Source of the DNA: Desulfatiglandales bacterium
GTDB lineage: Bacteria; Desulfobacterota; DSM-4660; Desulfatiglandales; Desulfatiglandaceae
Length of the DNA stretch: 64,000 nucleotides
Assembly (NCBI GenBank): GCA_963662465.1
Contig: OY759599.1
Coordinates: 5,248,001 to 5,312,000, forward strand
Reading direction: 5' to 3'
Below, in pieces: positions 56,346 through 64,000 of this stretch; the first letter of the stretch is position 1, and the number at the start of each line of letters is the position of its first letter. Both the position numbers and the translations under genes were made by a program. The notes beneath the pieces were generated by a model, which saw only the letters and a program-made list of their open reading frames with translations, did not search any database and had not been told where the DNA came from.

Positions 56346-56500
56346 GGCTCATCGTGGATTCGCGTGAGATTTGGCTTCTGAGCCGATTGTAGGTGCGACT
56401 TCAGTCGCACATTAAGCCGACCCTGTGCGACTGAAGTCGCACCTACAGCCCGAACCGAAACAATCTCAAAGCGCGATTTCACGTTAATCCGCGATGAACC
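56346..56500. mobile_element. 155-bp MITE with ~25-bp imperfect TIRs and 8-bp TSD AAATATTT
   Basis: GGCTCATCGTGGATTCGCGTGAGAT ... ATTTCACGTTAATCCGCGATGAACC; AAATATTT at 56338-56345 and 56501-56508. Confidence 0.75.
56388..56447. repeat. GTAG-type REP doublet (REPIN-like) inside the MITE
   Basis: TGTAGGTGCGACTTCAGTCGCACA and its exact inverted copy, 12-bp spacer. Confidence 0.88.
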
Positions 56501-56533
56501 AAATATTTTCAGTCCCATAAACCTTTAGATCCC

Positions 56534-57313
56534 TCAACCAGGCTGAAGCCCTTTTTCAATTTCCCTGAGTTTCACATATCTGACAAACATGGCGTAAGCA
56601 TCGGAGACGGCGATAATGAAACCGGCCAGACCATCCATAAAGCCTCTTTTCAGCACATAGACCTCCAGGAATTTGAAAATGGGCCGGGAAAAAAGGAGCA
56701 TGAGATGAAACCGTTTTCCCCGGTCGTACATGTCTTCAGCCAGGAGAGTGGAAAAAGCATTCACGGTTTTCAGTTGCCCCAAAATCTTCCCCCCATAAGG
56801 ATAGTGACGGAGATCCTGTTTAAGATCTCCCACACGCCCATCGATTTCCATCCGTTCATGGACCCTTCCCCCCACCCAACGACCTTTTTCCCGTTTGAAA
56901 AGCCTTAACTGGCGGTCGGGGTAATACCCGCTGTGGTTGATCCATCTACCCTGATAAAAGGAACGTCGCGGCATTCGGTAGCCGTCAAGGGCATCCGGTT
57001 TGGCGATTTCGGCCGATATTTCATGGCGCAATGCCCGGGATACCGCCTCATCCGCATCGAGGCTTAAGACCCAATCCCCCTGGGCCTTGCTCAACGCAAA
57101 ATTTTTCTGGGCCATATATCCCGGCCATGGCCTTTGGAAAATCCGGTCAGTGTATGCTTTGGCGATGTCCATGGTCCGGTCCGTACTCATGGAATCCACG
57201 ACGATTATCTCATGGGCCCATTCCTGAAGACTTTCAAGACATCGTTTGATGTTTTGCGCCTCATTATGGCAGATGATGCAAACGGACAGGCGATTTTGTA
57301 AGGGTTGATCCAT
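56534..57313 (-). CDS. Glycosyltransferase family 2 (WaaE/KdtX-like)
   Basis: LSVCII..NE, VDSMSTD.T, QKNFA, LDADE, YPD.QLRLF, VHE. Confidence 0.92.
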   Translation of the reverse strand: MDQPLQNRLSVCIICHNEAQNIKRCLESLQEWAHEIIVVDSMSTDRTMDIAKAYTDRIFQRPWPGYMAQKNFALSKAQGDWVLSLDADEAVSRALRHEISAEIAKPDALDGYRMPRRSFYQGRWINHSGYYPDRQLRLFKREKGRWVGGRVHERMEIDGRVGDLKQDLRHYPYGGKILGQLKTVNAFSTLLAEDMYDRGKRFHLMLLFSRPIFKFLEVYVLKRGFMDGLAGFIIAVSDAYAMFVRYVKLREIEKGLQPG

Positions 57314-57314
57314 G

Positions 57315-58370
57315 CTAAAACTGCCAACCCAGGCCAAAAGTCCAAGACTGATCGTACTTGTCCTTCCCGTCCGCCGGTTGGTTGTCGAAATCGTAGTTGA
57401 ACTGGAAGGATGCGAAAAGCTTCAATATCAGAGGGATGCGAACCCCTGTCCGGGTGCGGAGCATCCAGTTGCCGCTGTTTTGAAAATCGTAAAGAACATC
57501 GTCGTGATGATAAAGCTGCAGAAACCGTTCAAAAAACCACATATCGAAATCCAGTGCCCAGTATCCGGCAAAATATTCACGGTTGTCCACATTGCCGTAG
57601 TTTACCATCTTCTTGGTAAACTTTTCATAGGCATAGGCCGGCCCCAGCCTGATGGAAAGATTTTTCTCCCGTGAATCCCAGAACTGGTAGCCCGGACCGA
57701 CGCCCACATTGGCCTGCAAATCCAGTGATTTAAACTGGTCCATTTGAACGACGCCGTTGGCGTAAAGGAACCATTTTTTCGTCAGAAACCGCTCATAGGT
57801 GGCGGACCCCAGCCAATTGTCCTTGCTCAGGACCTGCTTGCTCCACTCCTTGTGAAACTCACCGTAGAATTTTATGACATCCGGCATCTTAAAAACCTTC
57901 AGGTTTGCGGTCATACTGTATTTTTCCGTATTGGTATTTCCCGTCTCCTTGCCGGCGCCGGCGGCAACATTGCCGGTGTAATCCCAGGCCGGCGGGGGCT
58001 CGGGTCGATCCAATGTTTTCACCTGCGCCATGGCAACGGGCGCCGGCGCAGCGCCCTCTTTCGGTTCAAATACCAGATCTCCTTGCTCGGACGTGGTGAT
58101 TTTGCTTTCCAGTATTTCTTCATTTCTCAAATAGACTTCCATGGGTTCATCGGTCGTAAGGCCCGCCACCTGATCCCATTTGATGGTAATTTGACCCGCA
58201 TAATCGGTTTTGAACACCAATTTCCCATGGCTCATGGAAACCACCTTGCCATGAAGGCTGTCCCCATTTTTCATAACCACTTGATCCGCATGGGCCGAAT
58301 CAGGGATCGAAATCAAAAAAAACAGGGTCAAGACCCCAAACCATAAGCCTTTTATCATAGTGTTGCGCAT
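57315..58370 (-). CDS. DUF481 (YdiY-like) outer-membrane beta-barrel protein
   Basis: Signal AHA-DQVVMKNGD.L.G; GNT; terminal GLGWQF; likely start 58370. Confidence 0.85.
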   Translation of the reverse strand: MRNTMIKGLWFGVLTLFFLISIPDSAHADQVVMKNGDSLHGKVVSMSHGKLVFKTDYAGQITIKWDQVAGLTTDEPMEVYLRNEEILESKITTSEQGDLVFEPKEGAAPAPVAMAQVKTLDRPEPPPAWDYTGNVAAGAGKETGNTNTEKYSMTANLKVFKMPDVIKFYGEFHKEWSKQVLSKDNWLGSATYERFLTKKWFLYANGVVQMDQFKSLDLQANVGVGPGYQFWDSREKNLSIRLGPAYAYEKFTKKMVNYGNVDNREYFAGYWALDFDMWFFERFLQLYHHDDVLYDFQNSGNWMLRTRTGVRIPLILKLFASFQFNYDFDNQPADGKDKYDQSWTFGLGWQF

Positions 58371-58621
58371 CCCTCTCCCGTCACCTGGAATCGGATCTTC
58401 AGACCTGTAATGAAAACTGAACATAAAACAATCTCCCCCTTTTTCCACAAACCGTTGCCATCTGCTATTAAGTAAGCGATTATAGGGAAGCAACATCCAA
58501 GTGTCAATCATACCCTTGGACGAAAACCAGGGGATGCTTGGGAAAAGCATATTGAACAAAATGATTCCATTATGTTAAACTTTCGGGCAACAGCTTTTCT
58601 TCCCAAGTAAGGAGTAGAAAA

Positions 58622-60694
58622 ATGACATATCGCAGATTTTTTTGGACGTCGATGGCCGCCTCTTTTATGATCCTCATGATCACGGGCAGCCCCGTTTCAG
58701 CAGCCCGGGAATTACCGCCGAATGATGGACGGCTGGTCCTCAAACAAGTGACATTGTTCAACAACGGGGTGGGGTATTTCCAGCTGGGGGGAAAGGTTCC
58801 GGCTGGTGAAAAGATCCGCCTTCATGTGAAACCGAGCCGGATGAACGATTTACTCAAAAGCCTGACCATCATTAATTTAAGCGGCGGGCAGGTGAGCAGT
58901 ATCGTCTATGACAATGACAAAACCTCAACCCAGAAATTGAGCGAATTTAACTTTAACCTGGAAAAAGAACAGGGCCTGCCCCAAATTCTCAGGCAGCTTC
59001 AGGGAAGCGAAATCGAAGTATTGACCGGCAGCACATCCGTTACGGGAACCATCATGGGAGTGGAAAAGCGGAATATCCAAGAAGAGGAATGGATCATGCC
59101 GCATTTTCTTCTGACCATTATGGTCCCAAACGGTCAAATGCGCAGTTTCGACACCCGTGAAATCACCGGAACAAAATTGCTTGACCCAAAGCTCAACCAG
59201 GAGTTGAACCGGTATCTTTCCATCCTGTTCCAGAAACATCAACAGGATGGGAAGACCGTAACCATCACATCGACGGGACAGGGGTCTCAGGAACTTCTGG
59301 TGAGCTATATTGCCGAGGTTCCGGTGTGGAAAGCCACATACCGCATTGTTCTGCCGGAATCAAACAAGGGTAGCAACCCTTTTTTACAGGGGTGGGCCAT
59401 CGTTGACAATGTCAGTGGGGAAGACTGGCAAAACATACAGCTTTCCCTGGTCAGCGGCCTGCCCGTTTCCTTTATTCAGGAACTTTATGCCCCCCGATTC
59501 AAAAAGCGTCCCGAACTTAAAATAGAAGATGAAAATGCCGCGCCGCCCCCGATCCCGGAAGCCGGCATGAGAAAAAACCGAAGGTTGATGGCAGCGCCGG
59601 CTGGTGCTAGCGCCAAACGCGGGATCATGGGAAAAGACGCCATGGCCCAAAGCTATTCCGAAGCACCCGACATGGAACAAAGCATGCGGGAATTAAAAGC
59701 ACGGACCGTCACTCGCGAAGTGGGAGATATGTTTGAATACCGGATTGATCACCCTGTAACCATAGGACGAAATTGTTCAGCCATGGTTCCCATTGTCGCA
59801 AAGGATATTGAAGGTCTGGCAGTGGACCTGTACAACGAAAAAACCCGGAAACAGCATCCCCTGGCAGGGGTCAGGCTTAAAAATACGACGGGACTTACCC
59901 TTGAAGGCGGCCCCTTGACCATACTCAAGGGAGGAACTTATGCCGGGGAAGCGTTTGTCAAAAGCCTCAAACCCGGTGAAGAACGCACCATCACCTATGC
60001 GGTCGACCTGGGGCTTCATGTGAACACAAAAATGGGGAGTACCACGGAACCGGTGGATCGGGTGGTCATTAACCGTGGACTCATGCGCTTGCACAGGGGG
60101 GTCATTGAAACCAAAAATTACACTCTTAATAACAAAAATGCCAAATCCAAAACAGTAATCATCGAACACCCATATCACGCCGACTGGAAACTGCTGAATC
60201 CGGAAAAGCCCATGGAGACAACGGATCATTATCTCCGTTTTGAAGTTCAAGTCCCAGAGCATAACACCACCACTTTTCTGGTGAAAGAAATCCGGGATGT
60301 ATGGGAAAGCATCTCCGTCAGCAATATGACCCCGGACAACATCCTGATCTTTGCCCGTGAGAAATATCTCGACGACAAAACGCTCAAACAAATGGAGCAG
60401 ATGGTTTCCGTGAAAAGCGAACTGGCCCACATTAACGCCGACCTGAAAGTTCTGTCGAAGGAACGGCAACAAATTTTTTCAGATCAGAAAAGGCTTCGTG
60501 AAAATTTGCAGGGCCTGGGTCAAACCTCTGAAGAAAAAGGGCTTCGAAACCGCTATATCGGCCTGCTTGACAGCCAGGAAACCCGCCTCGGGAAAATTGA
60601 AAGGCAGGAGGAATCCCTTGAAAACCAACAAAAAGGCAAACAGCGGGAGCTTGAAACCCTCATCGAGACGCTGAGCCAGGATTTAAAGGTCTGA
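58622..60694 (+). CDS. DUF4139 domain-containing exported protein
   Basis: VTLFNNGVGYF, NDLLKSL, PVWKATYR, LQGWAIVDN.SGEDW, C-terminal coiled coil. Confidence 0.8.
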   Translation: MTYRRFFWTSMAASFMILMITGSPVSAARELPPNDGRLVLKQVTLFNNGVGYFQLGGKVPAGEKIRLHVKPSRMNDLLKSLTIINLSGGQVSSIVYDNDKTSTQKLSEFNFNLEKEQGLPQILRQLQGSEIEVLTGSTSVTGTIMGVEKRNIQEEEWIMPHFLLTIMVPNGQMRSFDTREITGTKLLDPKLNQELNRYLSILFQKHQQDGKTVTITSTGQGSQELLVSYIAEVPVWKATYRIVLPESNKGSNPFLQGWAIVDNVSGEDWQNIQLSLVSGLPVSFIQELYAPRFKKRPELKIEDENAAPPPIPEAGMRKNRRLMAAPAGASAKRGIMGKDAMAQSYSEAPDMEQSMRELKARTVTREVGDMFEYRIDHPVTIGRNCSAMVPIVAKDIEGLAVDLYNEKTRKQHPLAGVRLKNTTGLTLEGGPLTILKGGTYAGEAFVKSLKPGEERTITYAVDLGLHVNTKMGSTTEPVDRVVINRGLMRLHRGVIETKNYTLNNKNAKSKTVIIEHPYHADWKLLNPEKPMETTDHYLRFEVQVPEHNTTTFLVKEIRDVWESISVSNMTPDNILIFAREKYLDDKTLKQMEQMVSVKSELAHINADLKVLSKERQQIFSDQKRLRENLQGLGQTSEEKGLRNRYIGLLDSQETRLGKIERQEESLENQQKGKQRELETLIETLSQDLKV

Positions 60695-60699
60695 AAAGG

Positions 60700-61788
60700 C
60701 TAATCCTGCGGATGGACAATCAACCGCTGCCCCGGATGGATCGGGTCCTTTGAATTAATGTGATTCCAGATCATCAGGGCGGTAATAGGGATATTGTGCC
60801 GCCGTGCAATGGCGGAAAGACTGTCCCCTTTTTGAACCACATACAAACGGCCCTCCCGGCTCTCGGAAAAATCCTTGACCAGGCGGGAAAACCGAGCCTG
60901 AAAACCGGACAATGCCCCTTTGGGGATGAGGATGTCATGGTTTCCTTTTGGGAAATAATGCCCCCTGATTTCGGGATTCAGATCCTTGATAACCTTGAAC
61001 CGGGTCTTTGCAGCCTGGGCCACGGTCTTGATGGGAATTTCCTGGGAACATTTTACCCGCACCCGCTCAAATGAAAGAACCGGGTAAAGATCTCCCTTTG
61101 ACAACCTGAAACCATACTTGTCGGGATTTGAAAAAATCAGTTTGATGGTGAGGATGCGAAACAGGAACTGCTGGGTTTCGAGGGGTAGATAAAGGTCGTA
61201 ATAACTCATGGTATCCTGGGCCAATATTTCCCCCAGGAGCCCCTTCTCCCCCATATTGTAGGCAGCCGCAGCAAGGGTCCATGACCCCAGTTCTTCGTGG
61301 AGAGCCTTGAAATACCGAATTGCGGCCCGGGTGGATGAAAACAGGTTCCGCCTTTCGTCGATGCGGTTATTAATGATCAGCCCGTATCTTTTCCCCGTCG
61401 GCCGCACAAACTGCCAGAAGCCGATGGCGCCCCGGCTTGAACCCGCATGGGCTCGCAGGGCGCTTTCGGCAATGGCAACGTATTTTAGGTCATCGGGCAT
61501 ACGGTTTTCCCGCAACATTTTTTCAATATGGGGCAAATAACGCCCCGCCCGCTTCAGCCACAAAATCACCTGGGGGCGATTCCAGAGGTTCAAAAGAACT
61601 TCTTTCTCAAACCTTTCCCTCACGTCTCCGTTTTCCATGGGGACCGGTTCTCCACAGAAGTTCTGACCGGCTGGAATCTTCAACGATTCTACCAGTGAGG
61701 GAATCCGCGCCGGTTCAATGGCTTTCGCCGCCGAGGCTTCTCCGAACAGAACCCCCGCACCCATTAACAATATGGCAAGCCACCGCAT
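60700..61788 (-). CDS. Lytic transglycosylase with LysM (MltD-like)
   Basis: AIAES, GAIGFWQF, AAAAYNMGE, YVVQKGDSLSAIA. Confidence 0.92.
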   Translation of the reverse strand: MRWLAILLMGAGVLFGEASAAKAIEPARIPSLVESLKIPAGQNFCGEPVPMENGDVRERFEKEVLLNLWNRPQVILWLKRAGRYLPHIEKMLRENRMPDDLKYVAIAESALRAHAGSSRGAIGFWQFVRPTGKRYGLIINNRIDERRNLFSSTRAAIRYFKALHEELGSWTLAAAAYNMGEKGLLGEILAQDTMSYYDLYLPLETQQFLFRILTIKLIFSNPDKYGFRLSKGDLYPVLSFERVRVKCSQEIPIKTVAQAAKTRFKVIKDLNPEIRGHYFPKGNHDILIPKGALSGFQARFSRLVKDFSESREGRLYVVQKGDSLSAIARRHNIPITALMIWNHINSKDPIHPGQRLIVHPQD

Positions 61789-61885
61789 GCGCTTTCCTCT
61801 TCCGATGTAAGGGATATTTTCAGTCTATCCGATCCGACCGATAATAACCCGGCAATTTATTGCCGGATGACCCGAATGATGGATA

Positions 61886-62350
61886 TCAACGAGCATCCTC
61901 TTTTTCCTGCTGAAGCACCCTTCCGGGAAAACGGATCAACTCTTTAATCCTGGCACTTCGAATTTTTTGATCATGGGTATCCTTTTTTTCAAATGCCTGA
62001 GCCAGTTTTATCAGCAGATCCTCCAGCTTAATGGGTTTGAGCAAATAATCAAAGGCGCCCAGTTTCATGCCCTCAATACTGGTCTCAACGGATGCATGTC
62101 CGGTCAATAACACCACCTCGGCCAGAGGCTGAATCCGCTTCATCTCCCGCAAAGCCTCAATGCCGTCCATGCCGCCAGGCATTTTCACATCCAGAATCAC
62201 CACATCGAAGAGCTTTTTGCTCATCACTTCCAGGGCCAGTTCACCGCTTTCAGCACCCGTGGCATCAATGCCCCGCTTCTCCAGTCTCTTGACCAGCGTC
62301 TCCAGGAAATCCGCTTCGTCGTCCACGATCAAAACCCTAAATGAATCCAT
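61886..62350 (-). CDS. Single-domain response regulator
   Basis: IVDDE, LDVKMP, LTGH, DYLLKP. Confidence 0.93.
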   Translation of the reverse strand: MDSFRVLIVDDEADFLETLVKRLEKRGIDATGAESGELALEVMSKKLFDVVILDVKMPGGMDGIEALREMKRIQPLAEVVLLTGHASVETSIEGMKLGAFDYLLKPIKLEDLLIKLAQAFEKKDTHDQKIRSARIKELIRFPGRVLQQEKEDAR

Positions 62351-62379
62351 GCCTTTCTCCTTTTTTTTGTGAACGGTTG

Positions 62380-63999
62380 CTATTTCTTTTCAGGCCTCAC
62401 AATGGGAATATCCACTGTAAAGGTCGTGCCTTCTCCCATTTCGCTTTTGAGCTTAATGGTACCCCCCATTTTTTTAATGATATCATAGCTGACCCACAAA
62501 CCAAGCCCGGTTCCCTTGCCGGTTTCCTTGGTGGTAAAAAATGGATCAAACACCTTGTTCTGTTTTTCTTTTGGAATCCCCGGCCCATTGTCGGACACGT
62601 GGATGAGGATTCGGGAATCACGCTGCCTGCTTTTCACATCAATGGTCCCTTCAGATCCAATGGCATCGATGGCATTGGTGATCAAATTTAAAAGCACCTG
62701 CTGAAGTCGCGCTTCGTCGCCAGCAATGATGGGCAAATCGGGCGCCAAATCCGTTTTAACCAAGATATTGTTGTTACTGGCATAATTTCCCAAAAGTTCA
62801 ATGGTTTGCCGTAACATGACGTTAACGTCCACATCCTCCAGATGAGGCTCCATCTTTCGAGCATAACCCAACATATTGTGAACGACCTTGCGAGCTCTTT
62901 CAACATGTTCTTCGATTTTTGCTAAAGACTGCTGATATTCCCGTGCATTCTCGCTGTTTTGAAAGCTTTCATCCGCCAACAGGTCTTCCATCCATCCGGT
63001 TTTCTGCAAAATAACCGCCAGTGGGTTGTTGATCTCATGGGCCACGCCCGCGGCCATCTTCCCCAATGCCGCCAGCTTATCCGACTGCACCAGTTGAGCA
63101 TTGAGTTCATTCAGTCTTAAATCCGTTTCCCGCAACCGCCGAATGGTCATACGCGTGGTGAAAACGGTGGCGAACACGATGGCCAGAATGCCGCCGATAA
63201 TAATGCCGAATTCCAGTTTCCGGGTGGCAAACAGACCGCTCATCTCCTCTACGGCGTCCTGACTAATCACCAGAAGCCACTGCCCTTTTCTAAGCCAGGC
63301 CCCGGCATAGAAGGTTTTTCGGCCATGACCGTTTCCTTCCTCGATAACCGTTGTTCGCCTGCCGAAAAGGTTTGTTTGAAGGCTCCAATTGGATAAGATC
63401 TTTCCACCGAACCGCGGCGATGTTTGGAAAACGCCCTGTTTGTCCACAATGTAGGCATCTCCTGTTTTTCCCACCTGTGCCGAGCGGACAAGACCTCCAA
63501 ATATTTCGGGGTCAATGGTGGCCCGTAGTATCCAGCTATTCTGCCCTTCCTGACGACGAACCGCAATAATAAAATGGGGCAGTTGTCGGTAACCCATATA
63601 CACGTCGCTGATATAAACGCCTTTTCGCATGACATCGCCAAACCACGGTTGTTGATAATAATTCAGGCCTTTGAGGTCATAGGGACCCACGTAGGCCAGA
63701 TGCTGGCCGGCGTTGGAAATGACCCCGAGATCCACAAACGCGCCGGCGCGTGCGTTCATCACCTGAAAAATGTTCACCAAGGTGGTCTCCTCGGTCATGT
63801 CGCTCAGGGTATGGGTATCCGCCATGGCGCATAGGATGGCGGTGCGTTCTTTTAAAAAAAGGTCCACAGCCTCCGCCTGAGCGCTAGCCCGATACCGGAT
63901 TTGCTCCTCTATTTTTTCCTGGTACATCCTGGCAAATTGAAAATAGATGGTGGCGCCGAGCACCAACAGCGGCGCCAACGCCACCAAAAGGGTGATGAT
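62380..63999 (-). CDS. Membrane sensor histidine kinase with Cache domain (5' end cut by the window)
   Basis: TM-Cache-[27 protein letters not shown]; frame stays open to the window edge. Confidence 0.92.
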   Translation of the reverse strand: MITLLVALAPLLVLGATIYFQFARMYQEKIEEQIRYRASAQAEAVDLFLKERTAILCAMADTHTLSDMTEETTLVNIFQVMNARAGAFVDLGVISNAGQHLAYVGPYDLKGLNYYQQPWFGDVMRKGVYISDVYMGYRQLPHFIIAVRRQEGQNSWILRATIDPEIFGGLVRSAQVGKTGDAYIVDKQGVFQTSPRFGGKILSNWSLQTNLFGRRTTVIEEGNGHGRKTFYAGAWLRKGQWLLVISQDAVEEMSGLFATRKLEFGIIIGGILAIVFATVFTTRMTIRRLRETDLRLNELNAQLVQSDKLAALGKMAAGVAHEINNPLAVILQKTGWMEDLLADESFQNSENAREYQQSLAKIEEHVERARKVVHNMLGYARKMEPHLEDVDVNVMLRQTIELLGNYASNNNILVKTDLAPDLPIIAGDEARLQQVLLNLITNAIDAIGSEGTIDVKSRQRDSRILIHVSDNGPGIPKEKQNKVFDPFFTTKETGKGTGLGLWVSYDIIKKMGGTIKLKSEMGEGTTFTVDIPIVRPEKK

Positions 64000-64000
64000 A

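Noticed and set aside
58371..58559. Extended N-terminus of the DUF481 ORF (likewise 52078-52176 for the GT-C gene)
   Set aside because: Runs through divergent promoter regions; downstream starts fit better

Overview
Chromosomal window from a bacterium, probably Desulfobacterota (delta-proteobacterial); this is inferred from protein style and gene order. It opens with the dcw operon (mraY 3' end, murD, ftsW, murG, murC, murB, ftsQ, ftsA, ftsZ, radical SAM). Next come a two-gene insert (MalT/STAND-TPR-SARP regulator plus a secreted repeat protein), the mutL-miaA region and tRNA-Val. An accessory block follows: a peptide/Ni ABC transporter with a truncated binding protein, archaemetzincin, a sigma54 two-component system and a dead integrase, ending at tRNA-Ala. 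An apparently intact 7.8-kb phage-satellite-like element is integrated in tRNA-Arg(CCT), with 54-bp att repeats, arm sites, a primase and two iteron clusters. The rest holds a stand-alone EF-G coupled to a RecA/KaiC-like ATPase, dtd, pyrR, glycosyltransferases, DUF481/DUF4139 proteins, a lytic transglycosylase and a two-component system. Best unexplained signals: (1) tandem 7-bp arrays at dcw gene junctions, some as inverted pairs, which also write protein termini (MurG and MurC both end LLAVSH); (2) the satellite with a probable bipartite origin; (3) GTAG-type REP palindromes, one in frame inside a CDS and a pair inside a 155-bp MITE with an 8-bp TSD; (4) three copies of the FtsZ C-terminal peptide. 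All product calls come from reading motifs by eye; no searches were run.
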